Origin: a virus
Lineage: Duplodnaviria; Caudoviricetes
Strand: one strand, 5' to 3'
Virus record (IMG/VR): IMGVR_UViG_3300032247_002425
Location: 1-54,393 of that record
Length of the DNA: 54,393 nucleotides
Below, in pieces: positions 37,711-50,607 of the stretch (its first letter is position 1; each line of letters opens with the position of its first letter). The position numbers were made by a program, and so were the translations under genes. The notes below the pieces were generated by a model that saw only the letters and a list, made by a program, of their open reading frames with translations, made no database searches and had not been told where the DNA came from.

Positions 37711-40700
37711 TTATGTGGCATGGCTGGTCATGAACTCCGTGACCTCGTATGTGAAATAAACCGTGTCTGTGCTGCCCACGGTGGCCGTGACTACCAGCAG
37801 ATTTACATCAGGCACGATGTCGTAGTCTATTAGCACGCCAAACCCCGTGTCTGTGGCGCCTGGATTGCTCTTGACCCTGTTGCCCACGCTGTATACCAAG
37901 CCGCCCACTGCGTCATAGGCGCAGGTGATATCGGCCATCTCGAGGCAGGTGCAGGGATCATTGTGCTGTGCTCGCACGGTCATCTTGAACCCACGCACGT
38001 CGGCACTGCTGGCATGCCATATGTAGACGTTCTCACTGGGCAGTGCCCAGGCAGGATATAGGCCGCCCACCGTGGTAACCGTGCCACTGATGCTGATGTT
38101 GCCAAAGCTAGTACCAGGGAAGCTGATCTTGCCATCTGTGCTGATGCCGAGCTCTGTGCCTGCGCTGGCTATGGTAAACGGCGTGTATATCACAGTGTTG
38201 GCACTGTTGACCAACACATTGTCGCTGTCTGTGGCGCTGAGCAGGACCTGCGTGCTGAATCCTGCCACAGCTGGTGTGGTTGGCACTGATATGTTGCCGG
38301 TCACACCAGGACCCCAGGTGGCATAGAGGTTGGTGTTATCAATCTTGACGTCAGTGATCTGGCCGCCAAACACGCCGCCGTACTGTCCAGCACCTACCAA
38401 TTGGATATAGCCAGTGTAGTCATTGACGTCTACGAAGTTGTTGTAGCCCACGCCACCTTGGAGGTACGCTCCGTCCAGCCAAGCTGCGCAGCGATGCTGA
38501 TCATCCCTGGTTACCACTAGGTAGTACCAAGTGCCGAGGCTCAGCGTGCGACCAAAGCTGAATCCAGTGGCAGTGAGGGGATTGCCAGTGGTTATGATGA
38601 GATCGGCTAGGTGCTGGCTCAGCAGGTTCAGAGCGCCGTCGTAGTAGCTGCCCAGCAACACGTTGTTGTTGGCAGAGTCAGTAGGGCGGAACCATAGGCT
38701 GATGGTGTAAGCGCCCTGCCTGATGGGTGGCAGCGGCGGATTGATGTTGGCATGCTCATTGTATACTATGTTGATGCTGCCGTTGGCAGTCACCTGGCTG
38801 CTGAACGGGCTGCTGCTGTTCCAGTTGATGTCTGGGCCGCTGGCAGTGATGTCATAGGGCGTGTACTGCGTACTTGGTGCGCCGTTGAACACGCTGGTGC
38901 TGCTGAAGCCGATGATGCTGTTCTTGTTCTTGAGCAGCAGATCAATACCAACGGGTTCCAAGCTGTTGACCAGCACGTTGCTTTCAGCTATGACCTTGCC
39001 TTCGCTGCCATAGCTGGTATTGTCAGGGTTGCCACCGTAGAGATACACGCTGCCACCATCGGTGCTGGCTGACACGTTGCCTGATTCTGGCACCGTGAAC
39101 ACCCATTCGCCACCTGGGCCCCAGGCTGCTATGGGAGCATCCTGATACCAGCTCGGGTTATTGTAGGGCGTCATGGTCTGCGTACCCGAGCTGTCAGCTA
39201 GGAATGCGCCATAGAAGGCATTCATCAGCAGGCTAAAGCTGGCCTGCGATGGATCGCTGAACGCTGTGGGTATGTCTATGGTGCTGCTCAAGCTGTCGTA
39301 CAGTGCTGTGCCGTTGCTTATCAGCAGCCCTTGGAACCTGCCCTGAAAGTAGTCGGGACCACTAGCCACATCATAACCGATGGTGCGCGTGGCATCAGTG
39401 AAGTTGCCGTTGGCTCCCAGCGAGCTCACGCTGGCCACGCCGTTGAGCCACAGGGCTATACCATTGGCATCGCTGTTCACGGCCAGCCACATCCAGGTGC
39501 CAACGCCCATGGTAGGCACGGTAAAGGTGTTGCCACCGCCATTGGCATAGCCCACGGTGATCTCAGTGGGGCTGACAATGTTGATCCTGAGGCCCTGGTT
39601 GGCAAGGCTGCCAATTATGGTGCCCTGCGTGTTGTCATAGAGCTGTAACCAAAGGCTCACGGTCCACGCATTGGTGCCAAAGGTCACACCGGGGTCCATC
39701 TGTATCCACTTGTTGCCGGTAAGTTCTATGCTGCCACCCACATAACCAAATATGTTGAAGTAGAGATCCTGTGTCTGATCGCCCGAGGGTAGTATAGGTG
39801 CGCTCACGGCAAGGTTAGATAGGCCATACGCGGCCAGATTGGCGCTGTTGATCACGCTGCCAGTGCCTAGGTGGCTGATCAGCACGTTGCTGCTGGGGCT
39901 GATGTCCAGATAGCCCTTGTAATTGTAGAAGTTGGTGTTGACGGGGGCCTGGCTGGTGGTGGTCACATTGCCCTTGAAGTAGGGTGTGATACCCGTGCCA
40001 ACCACTGGGTATTCTAGGTAGGGGTCGTGGAACAGTGCCAGCCGATCACCTGGCCTAGGATACACATAGTAGTCTCGGTTGTTGAGTTCCGTGGCAGAGG
40101 TCAGATACTGTATGTAGATCTTGCCACCGTAGACCTGATTGCCCGGCACGGTCAGCGTGACCGGTGTGGTCAGGTCAATGTTGGTGATGGGCACAGTGCT
40201 GGCATAGAATGAACCTCTGCCGCCTGATATGTATATGGTTCCACCTTCGCCGCCACTCTGCGTGATGGTGTTGCCGCTGCCATAGCCAGCACGTATGTAG
40301 ATGGGACCGCCTGGTCCACCATCAGCACCAGAACCAGCTGTGACGTTGATGCTGCCGCCGGAGGCTGAACCTTCGCTTCCCGTGGCGCCGTTAACACTGA
40401 GGTACATGGCACCTTCTGATCCAGCCTGTAGCCACAGATAGGTATCAGCAGCTAGGAAGCCTTCACCGCCGTCTGCTGCCAGAAAGAGATTGGTTGGGCT
40501 GGCGATGATGCCATTGGGCGGCGTGACCAGCTTGGGTTGACCTTCGCTGCCTGGCGTGAACTGCCACGACTGCGTATTTTCCGTGACCACCACATTGTAG
40601 ACAGGCACGCCACCTTGGAACGCCGGCGTGCTACTGTTGTTGGTTATGATCTGCGTGTTGCTAGCGTCATCAAATGCCAAGTAATCAATGTAGCTGGTGC

Positions 40701-41706
40701 TCAACAGCAGTTCAGTGCCTGGTATCACGGTGGGAACGTTAGTGGGAACCGTGATATTGCCGCTGGTAGCATAGATGTTGCTGCCTATCACGGCCTGCAC
40801 GCTGCTGAAAGCTGCTTGTGCGTATGATGGACCATACCACAGATAAGCCAGCTCAGTTATTGGACCTTCTTCTTGGTGCGAGAGCATGGCATTGGCTATG
40901 GCAGGACCTGCTGGCTGGTTGTCCAACCACATGTTTAAGTTGCCATCGGCGTCTCGACATATGGCCACGTAGTACCACTGATTTTGTGCCATGGTCACTG
41001 GAAGGTCAAAGTAGTAGGGATCAACTACCAGCTGGTTGCTGTCGTTGAAGTATATGAACGGGCTTTGCGAGTTACCTTGTAGATAGCTAAACACTGGTGT
41101 CCACTGTGACACGCTTCTGCGGAATATCCAAAAGCTGAGCGTGAACGCACCTGTGCCGATGGTGATGCCAGGGCTCATGCTCACTGATTGAGTACCGGGA
41201 CTGAACCCATTGAAGTCCATGTATACAGCTTGATTGGTGTTGATCTGCTGATATGCAGGGCTGATGTTGACATTGCTGCCAGGCGTGACTGTACCTAAAG
41301 TTGTGTCTGAGAACGTGATGTTGCCAGTGACTGTGGTGATGGTGTTGCTGGTGTTTGCTATGGTGGTGTTGCCAAAGCTCAGTGTGTTGCCTTCGGACAC
41401 GCTCAGAGGCACACCGCCTAGATAGATGGTCTGACCACTCACGTACAAGCTGCGCCATTGGTTGTCTATGGTTCCAAGGTCAATGGTAGCATTACCGTTT
41501 GGCACCAACGCAGTGTCTATGACTATGTTGCCGTTGGTGCTGCCTATGATGTTGCCAGTGAAGGTTATGTCACCCGTGCTGACGTTGCTGCCGCTGCTGC
41601 TCTGGCCTACCCATTGTGTGCCATTCCAGATGTAGGAAACACCGTTGCTGCCCACATAGACGTTGCCTATCTCCTGTGGTTGGGGTGGAAAATCTAGTAC
41701 TGACAT
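37711..41706 (-). CDS. Virion protein with three LamG/concanavalin A-like domains (1331 aa)
   Basis: Three T.S.W...W..(V/L)(A/V).......W.(D/N) units each followed by SN..LY...I.VPT; TAAATA at 41736-41741. Confidence 0.78.
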   Translation of the reverse strand: MSVLDFPPQPQEIGNVYVGSNGVSYIWNGTQWVGQSSSGSNVSTGDITFTGNIIGSTNGNIVIDTALVPNGNATIDLGTIDNQWRSLYVSGQTIYLGGVPLSVSEGNTLSFGNTTIANTSNTITTVTGNITFSDTTLGTVTPGSNVNISPAYQQINTNQAVYMDFNGFSPGTQSVSMSPGITIGTGAFTLSFWIFRRSVSQWTPVFSYLQGNSQSPFIYFNDSNQLVVDPYYFDLPVTMAQNQWYYVAICRDADGNLNMWLDNQPAGPAIANAMLSHQEEGPITELAYLWYGPSYAQAAFSSVQAVIGSNIYATSGNITVPTNVPTVIPGTELLLSTSYIDYLAFDDASNTQIITNNSSTPAFQGGVPVYNVVVTENTQSWQFTPGSEGQPKLVTPPNGIIASPTNLFLAADGGEGFLAADTYLWLQAGSEGAMYLSVNGATGSEGSASGGSINVTAGSGADGGPGGPIYIRAGYGSGNTITQSGGEGGTIYISGGRGSFYASTVPITNIDLTTPVTLTVPGNQVYGGKIYIQYLTSATELNNRDYYVYPRPGDRLALFHDPYLEYPVVGTGITPYFKGNVTTTSQAPVNTNFYNYKGYLDISPSSNVLISHLGTGSVINSANLAAYGLSNLAVSAPILPSGDQTQDLYFNIFGYVGGSIELTGNKWIQMDPGVTFGTNAWTVSLWLQLYDNTQGTIIGSLANQGLRINIVSPTEITVGYANGGGNTFTVPTMGVGTWMWLAVNSDANGIALWLNGVASVSSLGANGNFTDATRTIGYDVASGPDYFQGRFQGLLISNGTALYDSLSSTIDIPTAFSDPSQASFSLLMNAFYGAFLADSSGTQTMTPYNNPSWYQDAPIAAWGPGGEWVFTVPESGNVSASTDGGSVYLYGGNPDNTSYGSEGKVIAESNVLVNSLEPVGIDLLLKNKNSIIGFSSTSVFNGAPSTQYTPYDITASGPDINWNSSSPFSSQVTANGSINIVYNEHANINPPLPPIRQGAYTISLWFRPTDSANNNVLLGSYYDGALNLLSQHLADLIITTGNPLTATGFSFGRTLSLGTWYYLVVTRDDQHRCAAWLDGAYLQGGVGYNNFVDVNDYTGYIQLVGAGQYGGVFGGQITDVKIDNTNLYATWGPGVTGNISVPTTPAVAGFSTQVLLSATDSDNVLVNSANTVIYTPFTIASAGTELGISTDGKISFPGTSFGNISISGTVTTVGGLYPAWALPSENVYIWHASSADVRGFKMTVRAQHNDPCTCLEMADITCAYDAVGGLVYSVGNRVKSNPGATDTGFGVLIDYDIVPDVNLLVVTATVGSTDTVYFTYEVTEFMTSHAT

Positions 41707-41789
41707 GCGATGTACCTCTTGGAATATGCTGATTGTATTTACCTGCGCAGGCTTTAGTTAGACACTGCGCCAAAGCAACCTAATCAAGC

Positions 41790-44700
41790 CTATGTCCAGT
41801 TACCCACTGCTAGGTTACCACTGGTGGTGTTGCCTATGGGATATATCCTCATCCAACTGCCCGGTGCCACCTGGAACACCGTGGGATCGGCACCACCGCT
41901 GAGTGTGATCTGGGGCGTCACGGTACCGCTGCCGCTCACGCCGATCACGCCCTTGATGTTGAACGCATGGTTGAACGATCCTGCACCGGGACTTGCCGTG
42001 ATGCTGACAAAGGTGTTGAATCCGGCTGTGACGTTGCTGTACATGCTGTTGGTGGCAGCTATGGTTACGTTGCTGGCTGATGTGTTGGTGTAGGCCACGT
42101 AGTTGTGCTCGGTCAGCGTGGCAGTCCCAGCCACAGCATATTGAAGGCCGCCTGGGCCAGCTCCAGCCTGTGCTCTGAGCACGCTGGCCCAGATCTCGTA
42201 AGCATAGCGAGTGTTGGCCGACACGTTGGCACTGAGCGTGAACACGTTGGCACCAGCACCAGCAGCTGCAGGTGATTGGTTGGTCAGAGGCAGCGTGCGC
42301 AGCTGTGCCAGCTCATACCACTGTTCCGCAGGCATGACGCCGCGCTGTGCGTCGCTTGGTGTTGCGTAGATGATCTTGCCATCATATTCCATGCCACCTG
42401 CAGTTGGCGTGGTCATCAAGCTGCCACTGGTGAAGTTGATGCTGGCAGTGGCTGTGGTACCAGCTGCAATGAAGAGGTTGCCTACCCAGACATTGCTTGC
42501 GAAACCTGCACCACCCTTGACGACCAGTGCACCTGTGCTGTTGCTGGTGCTGGCATTGGTTCCGTTTATCAGTAGGTTACCGGTGAAATTGCTCTGTTGC
42601 CCGCCAACATTGAGATTGCCTGCTATGCCAGCTCCGCCAAAATTAATCGCAGAACCACTAGTAGTTGAGGTGCTCACAGTGGCATTGGTGATTGTTAGAT
42701 TGCCTATGACCACAGGGCCGCTGAGGTAGCTGGCTACATTGGTGTTACCGTAGCTAATAACGCCGCCAGTTGGACCTGTTGGCCCAAGCACAGTTGACGT
42801 AGGACCAGTAGGACCAGTGACTGTGCTTGCTGCGCCAGTATAACCAGTTGGACCAGTGACTGTGCTTGCTGCGCCAGTAGGACCTGTGACACTGGGACCA
42901 GTAGGACCAGTGACTGTGCTTGCTGCGCCAGTATAACCAGTTGGACCCGTTACGGTGGAAGTTGCGCCAGTAGGACCTGTGACACTGGGACCAGTTGGAC
43001 CAGTGACTGTGCTTGCTGCGCCAGTATAACCAGTTGGACCAGTGACTGTGCTTGCTGCGCCAGTAGGACCTGTGACACTGGGACCAGTAGGACCTGTTAC
43101 AGTTGAAGTTGCACCAGTTGGACCAGTAACGCTAGGACCAGTAGGACCAGTTGGTGTGCCAGTCAATCCACTACCGTTACCATAGAAATTAGACGCATAT
43201 ATGCTGACATTAGCATTTACGCTGCTGATTACCAGATTGCCTGCACCTTGTATGGTCGAATTGCTGGTAATGCTGCCAGCGTCTAGTGCGCCAGCTAGGT
43301 TCATGCTCTGGCCGTAGATGCTGCTGTTGCTGACTACGCTCTGTGCCGTCATCACTGTAGCAGCAGTTATAGCAGTGTTACTGTAGATCTGTGCACCCCA
43401 CAGTGTGGTACTAGCGTTGATGCTAGGGGCTGTAACCGAAGTATTGCCGTTGATAGCAGGAGCCGTAACCAAGGTAGCAGCAGTCACGCTTGTGTTGCTG
43501 TAAACAGCTGCTAGCTGAGCGAGGCCCGACGTGTTGAGCGTGGCACTGAAGGTGTTGGTGTTGCTGATCGTGCTCTGGTACTGTGCAAGCCCTGTGCTGT
43601 TCAGAGTGGCTGTGGTGATGTTGACATTGCTGAGCAGGCTGTTGGTTATCAGCTGTCCAACCACGTTAAGTGTGTTGGTAGTGGTCAGCAAATTAGTGGT
43701 CATGCTGTTGACCTGTGCTGCGCCGATCACGTTGATGGTCTGGGTCTGCAGCCCCACATTGTTGACCATGCTGTTGGTTATCAGCTGTCCAACCACGTTA
43801 AGCGTGTTGGTAGTGGTCAGCAGGTTTGTGGTCATGCTGTTGACCTGTGCTGCTGCTACCACGTTCAGCGTGTTTGTCTGCAGTCCAACATTGTTGACGA
43901 TACTGTCGCTGGTTATCTGGCCTATGCTTTGTATAGCCGTGTTGGCTATGAGCCTGTCCACTCGTGCAGAGCCTGTTCCGGTGATGACACCAGTGGTCAC
44001 TGACAGGTTGCTGATGAACTGGTTGACTGTGACAGCACCTGCCACGTTAAGAGTCTGTGCAAAAGCTGCAGTGTTGGCCACGGTTTGGTCAGCATAGGCT
44101 GTCTTGCCTATGCTGACGTTGCTGGCTAGGCTGGCATCGCCACTGACCTGTAGGTTGCTCTGTATGCCCAGCTGCGTGATCTGAGCCTGGTTTGCCTGTA
44201 TCACGCTGCCAACTATGGTAGCACCAGTAATACTGCCAATTGCTGTCACGTTGCCTGCGGTGACATTGCCCGTGAACGTGCTCAGTCCAGTGACCTGAAG
44301 CTTGCTGACGCCATCGTCAACACCCAGAGGTGCCAAGATCCAGCGCTGACCGTTGATGTAACCTGCTACGTTATTGATCTGTATGCCGCCCGTGGTGAAC
44401 ACTATCTGCTTGCCCACGGTGGTGTTGGCCGTGCTTATGACCAGGTTGCTGTCGCTGCTGTAGAGGTAAGCATCCAGAGCTTGCTGTGCACTGTAAGCCA
44501 CTTGGTTATAGGTGCTAGAATTGATGCCCAGATCCACATAGTTTAGCGTGTCGCTGCCAGTGTCTGTTGTGGCAACTATGTCACTGCTGGCGTTGGGATC
44601 GCTCAGCAGGTTCTGCACAGTGATCTGCACGGTGGACGGTGCTGTGCCCGTGACCTGTAGATTGGCATTGGCGAACTGCGCGGGTGGTTCTACGCCTATC

Positions 44701-46145
44701 TGAACATTACTGCTTATGTAGGCTGTGACTGCATGCAGGTCGCCTCCGTCAGCGTCCAACCCACCTATGTACACGTTGCCCAGAGGATAGAGATCGCTGT
44801 TGAAGCGCCAGCCTGGGCTGTTCTGGAACCACAGCATGCTCTGCGCAACTTCGCTGTTGCCCAGCACGAACCCGCCGCCGTCTATGGCGCCATATGATGT
44901 GGCACCGTTGCCTGCGTAGATCACTCTGTTGGTGACCTGGAGGTCAGTGGATTGTGTGGCAGTGATGTTGCCCGTGACCAGCAGGTTGCCCACTGTGAGG
45001 TTGCCAAACTGCACGATGCTGTTGGTGGCCAAGCTCTGTGGTAGGCTCAGCGTGACGTTGCCACCTGATTGGCTCACAGCAATCTGCTGAGGTGTGCCTG
45101 TGACGCTGAGTATGGCACTGGTGGTGAGGTTGATGCCGTTATTCACAGCTGGTGAAGTTGCTAGTCCTGTGCCCACGTTCACATAGCTCACACCGGCTGT
45201 GGTGATGTTGCTGCCGTCTGAGAAGCGTATGCCTCTGAGTGCTGTGACGTTGCCACTAAACTGCGTGTCACCGTTGATCTGGCTGTTGCCGCCACTGGTT
45301 ATGATGCCTGTGCTGATCACAGAACCATAACTGACGAGATTGCCGTAGGTGACCACATTGCCATAGGTGGTGCTGGTGCCGTAGGCAATGCTGTTGCCCC
45401 AAACCGTGAGATCCGTGCCCACCAGCACGTTGGCAACCAGTGCTATGCCTGCGGTGTCAAAGCTGGCCACGCGGGCGATCACGTTGCCGCCGATCTGCGT
45501 GGTCCACACCTGAACGTTGGTGCCCTTGTTGAATTCTGTCTGGTTCTCGGTTGCTACCATGTCGATGCGAGCAGTGCTGATGCTGGCAAATCCGTTGCTG
45601 CTGAAGGGATTAGCACCCAGCCTGGCTATGATGTCGCCGCTCAGCGTCTGGAGAGGTACAGACGCAGTGCCCCTGGCTCTGCGTCCTATGAAGGCTGAGT
45701 AGGCATTGCTGCCGTAGGAATCGTTGTACAATCGTGCCGGGCTCTCATCCAAGCCTGTGAGCTGCAGCATCACGCCCGTGTTCTGTGGGTAGTTCTGGCT
45801 GCCAGTGACGTTGCCTATGATCTGCACAGCTGCGGTCAAGGGATTGATGCTGATGTTGCTGCGCACGGTCAGCACGCCCGTGGGATCCACGTACAGCGTG
45901 TTGAACAGCTGGCTCTCGCTTTGTACCTTGAAACCGCCGCGGCTAAACGTGATAGCATTACCGCTGTTGGTTATGTGTATGGGAGCAATGCTGGTGTTGG
46001 GATCGCTGATCACTATGCTGTTGCTGCCCACATAGAGGTTGCCAAACACATGGGTTGGGCTACCTAGGTTAGCAACGTTGCTGCTGGGCACTAGGTCACC
46101 TGAGACCGCGACGTTGCCTGTCAGTTGGTTGGTGATGTAGCTCAT
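41790..46145 (-). CDS. Fibre-like virion protein with beta-repeat shaft and collagen-like segment (1451 aa)
   Basis: T/N/S-rich short-period repeats, GPT collagen block ~42770-43155, GRRARGT.S.P module; starts 1 nt after upstream stop. Confidence 0.8.
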   Translation of the reverse strand: MSYITNQLTGNVAVSGDLVPSSNVANLGSPTHVFGNLYVGSNSIVISDPNTSIAPIHITNSGNAITFSRGGFKVQSESQLFNTLYVDPTGVLTVRSNISINPLTAAVQIIGNVTGSQNYPQNTGVMLQLTGLDESPARLYNDSYGSNAYSAFIGRRARGTASVPLQTLSGDIIARLGANPFSSNGFASISTARIDMVATENQTEFNKGTNVQVWTTQIGGNVIARVASFDTAGIALVANVLVGTDLTVWGNSIAYGTSTTYGNVVTYGNLVSYGSVISTGIITSGGNSQINGDTQFSGNVTALRGIRFSDGSNITTAGVSYVNVGTGLATSPAVNNGINLTTSAILSVTGTPQQIAVSQSGGNVTLSLPQSLATNSIVQFGNLTVGNLLVTGNITATQSTDLQVTNRVIYAGNGATSYGAIDGGGFVLGNSEVAQSMLWFQNSPGWRFNSDLYPLGNVYIGGLDADGGDLHAVTAYISSNVQIGVEPPAQFANANLQVTGTAPSTVQITVQNLLSDPNASSDIVATTDTGSDTLNYVDLGINSSTYNQVAYSAQQALDAYLYSSDSNLVISTANTTVGKQIVFTTGGIQINNVAGYINGQRWILAPLGVDDGVSKLQVTGLSTFTGNVTAGNVTAIGSITGATIVGSVIQANQAQITQLGIQSNLQVSGDASLASNVSIGKTAYADQTVANTAAFAQTLNVAGAVTVNQFISNLSVTTGVITGTGSARVDRLIANTAIQSIGQITSDSIVNNVGLQTNTLNVVAAAQVNSMTTNLLTTTNTLNVVGQLITNSMVNNVGLQTQTINVIGAAQVNSMTTNLLTTTNTLNVVGQLITNSLLSNVNITTATLNSTGLAQYQSTISNTNTFSATLNTSGLAQLAAVYSNTSVTAATLVTAPAINGNTSVTAPSINASTTLWGAQIYSNTAITAATVMTAQSVVSNSSIYGQSMNLAGALDAGSITSNSTIQGAGNLVISSVNANVSIYASNFYGNGSGLTGTPTGPTGPSVTGPTGATSTVTGPTGPSVTGPTGAASTVTGPTGYTGAASTVTGPTGPSVTGPTGATSTVTGPTGYTGAASTVTGPTGPSVTGPTGAASTVTGPTGYTGAASTVTGPTGPTSTVLGPTGPTGGVISYGNTNVASYLSGPVVIGNLTITNATVSTSTTSGSAINFGGAGIAGNLNVGGQQSNFTGNLLINGTNASTSNSTGALVVKGGAGFASNVWVGNLFIAAGTTATASINFTSGSLMTTPTAGGMEYDGKIIYATPSDAQRGVMPAEQWYELAQLRTLPLTNQSPAAAGAGANVFTLSANVSANTRYAYEIWASVLRAQAGAGPGGLQYAVAGTATLTEHNYVAYTNTSASNVTIAATNSMYSNVTAGFNTFVSITASPGAGSFNHAFNIKGVIGVSGSGTVTPQITLSGGADPTVFQVAPGSWMRIYPIGNTTSGNLAVGNWT
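43638..43901. repeat. Tandem duplication, 132-bp unit x2 (44 aa)
   Basis: GCTGTTGGTTATCAGCTGTCCAACCACGTTAAG at 43638 and 43770. Confidence 0.8.
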
Positions 46146-46146
46146 G

Positions 46147-49035
46147 TTATACGATGCTCCAAGTGTTTGCTGCGCTGAGTATGAGCGTGTAGCTGTTGTA
46201 GTTTGCGTTTATGGTTGCTGTGGTACCGCCGTCTATGGCGTCGCCTGCATAGGCCTGCACAGTTATGGGGTTCAGTGCTGCGTTACCGCCCGTGTCCTTG
46301 ACTGTCACGGTGGTACCAACTATCAGTGACGTACCCTGTGCCAGCGTGACTGTCACAGCACCTCCAGCATAGTTAACGCCCACGAACCTGTTGAGCACGC
46401 CCATGCTGTAGGTGCTATTGGTCACAGCAACCACGTTGCTGATGCCTCCTGCAGTGGTCTGCTTGCTACCGTCTGGGAAAGTTATGCCACTGCCTGCGTA
46501 GGGCAGGGTTATGCCACCAGTGTCCACGTTGGCCACGTTCTGTGCCACCAAGCTGCCGCTTGGTGCTGTGTAGAACGCTATCCTGGTTGGTAAGCTGGTG
46601 TCTGTGGCAGTGGCCAGCAGCTGTATGTCCATGTATCCAGGGCTCACGCTGCTGGGATTGAAGCCCAGGGTTGGTGTATACACTGCGCCGCTGAATCTGG
46701 CCACAGAGCCTGCAGTAGTCGTGGTTGGTGCTGCTGCGGTGCCGTTGGCCTTGCGTCCCACGAACACTGAGAACACGCTGCTGCCGTAGCTGTCGTTGAG
46801 CACTCGGCTGGTCACGCCATCGTGCCCAGTTATCTGCAGCATGCCACCCGGATTGGCTGGCACGTTGGATGCACCGCCCCAGTTGCCTATGACGTTGAGC
46901 ACGCTGCTCTTGTCTGGGTTCTGGTAACCGCTTACCACGTAGATCTGGCCCGCTGTGCTGTTGGTCAGCACCACGTTGCCCAGGCTGTCAACCACCTTGA
47001 GAGTGGTGTTGACCACCACGTTGCCCACCTGTCCAGGCACACCCAGATTGAGATTGACGGCGCTGTTGGTGAGGCTTATGGTGTTGCCCGTGAGATTGAT
47101 GTTACCTATGGTAGAACCGCCTTGACTGAAGGTGGCATTGAGAGTGCTGGTTATGCTGCCGTCTGGCACTGACCATAGTTCTATGCGCGAACCGTGAGCA
47201 CCAGGATTGAAGTTCTCGCCTGCCTTGATCAGCATGCCAGTGGCTGCTTCTGGAATGAACCCAGCACCGTCGTAGCCGTTGGCCACATAGCTACCCATGT
47301 ATTGATTGTTTAGCACTGCGGTAGGGGCTGCACTATTGCCGCCGAAGCGTCGCAGATCGACCACGCCTGCACCACCCAGCACGCCACCTGACAGGCTGTC
47401 ACCGAAGCTGTCTATGGCCAACACTGCTGCGGTCTGATCGGCTGCCTGTAACCTGAAAGTGAGATTAGGAGTGTCCAGCGGGTATGTGGTCAGGGTGCTG
47501 TTAGCCACCACATTGGTGTTGCCGATCATGGTGATCGAACCGTTGCCATTTGGTGACAACACTATGCTTTGACCGGCGTTGATGCCGCTGATGGTTTGAT
47601 CGTTGATGCTGAGGTTTCCGAGACTAGCACTGCTGCCAGTTGGACCAGTTGGACCAGTCACGGTGCTGTCAGCTCCGGTTGGTCCTTGAGTGCCTGTTGG
47701 ACCAGTGCTGCCGATTGGTCCCGTTACTGTGCTGTCAGCTCCGGTTGGTCCTTGAGTGCCTGTTGGACCAGTGCTGCCGATTGGTCCCGTTACTGTGCTA
47801 GCAGCTCCAGTTGGACCCTGTGGTCCTGTTGGACCCGCAGCAGCGGGAGCAGCGTCTACCCAGACTCCTTCGTAGTACACATACAACCTGCCAGATACTT
47901 CGTCATACCACAGTGTGCTGGTAGTTGGATCAGCTGGCGGAGATGGATACTGTATGATCGCGCCAGAGCCACCACCTACCAGCGCATTGCTGCCGTCATA
48001 CCAATTGACGGTGCCGCCCTCGGGCAGAGTTAGGTTACCGTAACGGTCAAAGGTCCACGCCACGTAGGGCGTGGTTGGTGGTGAGCTTTCGTCCACGCTC
48101 ACGGTAAAGCTGCCGTTGTAGGCTCGCACGTTGATACCACCACCTACAGTGTTGATGGTACCATTGGTGAACTGTATGCCACCATTGTAGGCTAGATTGA
48201 TGTTACCGTAGTTGTCAAACTGCCATTGTTTGGATTCGTTGTTGGTAGTAACGTAAACACCAGTCTGTTCAAGATATACTTCGCCGCCTATTGGGCCATT
48301 GTAATCCCCGCTCCAGATGTCCACCGCCCCAAACTCGCCAGGCGAGTTGATGCTGATGCTTATGTTGCTGTCACTGCTGCTGATGTTGTTGGGATCGGCG
48401 TTCGCGCCAAAGATTATGTCGCCGGTATTTGGTGTAGCCCCGGTGAAGTTCCAAGCGATGATGCTGACTCTATCACCGGCTATTGCCGGATTGTTGAGCA
48501 CCACCGTGCTGCCATTGGTAGCTGTGTAGCTGCTCACAGGCAGCAGCACACCAGCATAGTACACATCGAGGTAACCTGGTGTGTAGGTAGCTGTGAACAC
48601 GGTCTGACCGCTGCTGGCTGTAGTGTCGCTGCGCACGAAGCTGCCAGTGCCGCCAGGACCAGTGGGTCCAGTGACATCAGGTCCAGTTGGACCCGTGAGA
48701 CCAATGCTGCCAGTGGGACCAGTGACCGTGCTTGGTGCTCCGGTAGGTCCGGTGATGCCTGCAGCTGGAGCAGCATCTACCCACACGTTCTCGTAATAGA
48801 CATAGAGCCTGCCAGAAACTTCGTCATACCACAGCGTGCTGTCGTTGGCATCGGTAGGCGGAGTTGGGCTCTGTATTATGGCGCCTGAGCCACCCTGTAT
48901 AGTGACGCCGCCTGGTTTGGTGTTGTCGCTGATGCGCAGCACATAGTCATTGCCCACGAACAGGCTCAGCGAGTCTCCCACATAGGTATTGGCATTGCTA
49001 TCAAGCGTGGTGCTGCGGAAGAGTCGCATTGACAT
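46147..49035 (-). CDS. Collagen-containing fibre-like virion protein (962 aa)
   Basis: Two copies of GAIIQ.P.PP....[26 protein letters not shown] each followed by GPT repeats; TAAATA at 49069-49074. Confidence 0.8.
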   Translation of the reverse strand: MSMRLFRSTTLDSNANTYVGDSLSLFVGNDYVLRISDNTKPGGVTIQGGSGAIIQSPTPPTDANDSTLWYDEVSGRLYVYYENVWVDAAPAAGITGPTGAPSTVTGPTGSIGLTGPTGPDVTGPTGPGGTGSFVRSDTTASSGQTVFTATYTPGYLDVYYAGVLLPVSSYTATNGSTVVLNNPAIAGDRVSIIAWNFTGATPNTGDIIFGANADPNNISSSDSNISISINSPGEFGAVDIWSGDYNGPIGGEVYLEQTGVYVTTNNESKQWQFDNYGNINLAYNGGIQFTNGTINTVGGGINVRAYNGSFTVSVDESSPPTTPYVAWTFDRYGNLTLPEGGTVNWYDGSNALVGGGSGAIIQYPSPPADPTTSTLWYDEVSGRLYVYYEGVWVDAAPAAAGPTGPQGPTGAASTVTGPIGSTGPTGTQGPTGADSTVTGPIGSTGPTGTQGPTGADSTVTGPTGPTGSSASLGNLSINDQTISGINAGQSIVLSPNGNGSITMIGNTNVVANSTLTTYPLDTPNLTFRLQAADQTAAVLAIDSFGDSLSGGVLGGAGVVDLRRFGGNSAAPTAVLNNQYMGSYVANGYDGAGFIPEAATGMLIKAGENFNPGAHGSRIELWSVPDGSITSTLNATFSQGGSTIGNINLTGNTISLTNSAVNLNLGVPGQVGNVVVNTTLKVVDSLGNVVLTNSTAGQIYVVSGYQNPDKSSVLNVIGNWGGASNVPANPGGMLQITGHDGVTSRVLNDSYGSSVFSVFVGRKANGTAAAPTTTTAGSVARFSGAVYTPTLGFNPSSVSPGYMDIQLLATATDTSLPTRIAFYTAPSGSLVAQNVANVDTGGITLPYAGSGITFPDGSKQTTAGGISNVVAVTNSTYSMGVLNRFVGVNYAGGAVTVTLAQGTSLIVGTTVTVKDTGGNAALNPITVQAYAGDAIDGGTTATINANYNSYTLILSAANTWSIV
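47660..47800. repeat. Near-exact 66-bp tandem repeat within collagen block
   Basis: Unit encodes [22 protein letters not shown]. Confidence 0.75.
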
Positions 49036-49090
49036 TTAATCGGGCCCTTTGATCTGATACTGCGCCAATATTTAGCCAGTGGCCCTGTGA

Positions 49091-50497
49091 TCAGATCTGT
49101 GTGATCTGTATGCGATTGGCGCGATTGCCGGTCACACCACCTAGGTTGCCACCAGTGGTTATGCTGGCACTGGGTGCATCTTGGTAGCACATTATGGTGA
49201 AACTGTCACCCGGCTGCATGGTAACCACCGTGGCCACAGCCTGGAAAGGCGTGGTGTTGGTGCTTAATTGGCTCACATAACCGTAGCGATTGCCAGAATC
49301 AGCCCCGTATTTCAGCCACGTGGCACGCTGGCCAACGTTGAAATACTGCCAACCTATCTGCCAAGAGACCAGCATGGTCACAGCCTGTCCACCGCTGTAG
49401 GTGAACGTGCCAGCCAGATAGCTGATGCCATCTATGTAGATGCTGGGCTGGCCCGCACTGGTATCAGCCGTATCAAACAGCAGCACAGTGTCTGTGCTAC
49501 CTGGTATGGTCTGGGCAGCACTGTTGTAGCGTGCAGTGGTTCGAGGTGTTGGCAGTGACACAGGCCCGGTAGCTCCGGTTGAACCAGTGGGTCCTGTGGT
49601 CCTGCTGGCTACGCCTGTTGGCCCAGTAGCGCCAGATGGTCCAGTGGCACCCTGCACGCCAGTTGGACCTATTGTTCCAGTTGCGCCAATGCCACTAGGT
49701 CCGGTTGGGCCAGCCAGTCCTCGGGTGCCAGTTGGGCCCGCAGCTCCTGTAGGTCCGCCATTGGGTCCAGTAGGGCCTGTGGCGCCTGTGTTAGCTGCTG
49801 TGCCAGCCGCACCAGTGTACCCCGTAGGACCCTGATTTCCCTGCTGGCCAGTTGGACCGGTTACCCCCGTAGCACCTGCTGAACCAGTAGGTCCGCCCAG
49901 CGGTCCAGTTGGACCTGTGACCATGCTGGCCACTCCTTGCAGTCCCGTGGGCCCAGTCAGACCAAATGGTCCAGTAACGCCGGCCACGCCAGTAGGTCCA
50001 GTATTACCCGTTACGCCAATCTGTCCTTGGTTTCCCGCTGGTCCCGTGGTGCCGCGTAGGCCAGTTGGGCCTGTTGGCCCTCCATAGGGACCCTGAGGTC
50101 CCATCTCTCCAGTTGGACCAGTAGGTCCACCCAGTGGTCCAGTGGGACCTGTGGCACCAGTGTGTACAGCAGAGCCTGGTGTACCCTGTGCACCAGTTGG
50201 TCCTGTAGCGCCTGTTGTGCTGGCGCCAGTTGCCCCTACGTTACCAGTTGGCCCAGTTACTGTGCTGTCTGCCCCGCTGGGACCAGTTGATCCTGTGTAA
50301 CCAGTTGGACCAGTTGGTCCGCTGGCGGGTCCAGTAGGACCAGTGACACCCACTACCGGTAAACCACCCGGTGTGATGCCGTTGTGTACTCTGACTGCGA
50401 GGCTGTTGGGATCTACAGTTAGTTCACCCTGGTATCCCACATAGACGTTACCGTCTACTCCGTAGTTCTTATTACCAATTATCCTAGTGGTATCCAA
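49091..50497 (-). CDS. Collagen-like fibre protein with C1q/BclA-like C-terminal domain
   Basis: N-terminal GELTVD....[11 protein letters not shown] motif, long G-X-T run, jelly-roll-like C-terminus; TTG start after GAGG; TAAATA at 50520-50525. Confidence 0.82.
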   Translation of the reverse strand: MDTTRIIGNKNYGVDGNVYVGYQGELTVDPNSLAVRVHNGITPGGLPVVGVTGPTGPASGPTGPTGYTGSTGPSGADSTVTGPTGNVGATGASTTGATGPTGAQGTPGSAVHTGATGPTGPLGGPTGPTGEMGPQGPYGGPTGPTGLRGTTGPAGNQGQIGVTGNTGPTGVAGVTGPFGLTGPTGLQGVASMVTGPTGPLGGPTGSAGATGVTGPTGQQGNQGPTGYTGAAGTAANTGATGPTGPNGGPTGAAGPTGTRGLAGPTGPSGIGATGTIGPTGVQGATGPSGATGPTGVASRTTGPTGSTGATGPVSLPTPRTTARYNSAAQTIPGSTDTVLLFDTADTSAGQPSIYIDGISYLAGTFTYSGGQAVTMLVSWQIGWQYFNVGQRATWLKYGADSGNRYGYVSQLSTNTTPFQAVATVVTMQPGDSFTIMCYQDAPSASITTGGNLGGVTGNRANRIQITQI

Positions 50498-50607
50498 GAT
50501 GACCTCGCGCTATGAGCTGTATTTATGGAGATTTTTCAGAGCGCATCGGTGCGGCTCTGGCGCAATCAAAAGTGATCACTGGCAGATACCGCATTAAATA
50601 TCAGCTC

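Noticed and set aside
42770-50350. Tandem repeats as a CRISPR array
   Set aside because: They are in-frame collagen G-X-T codon repeats with no unique spacers and no cas genes
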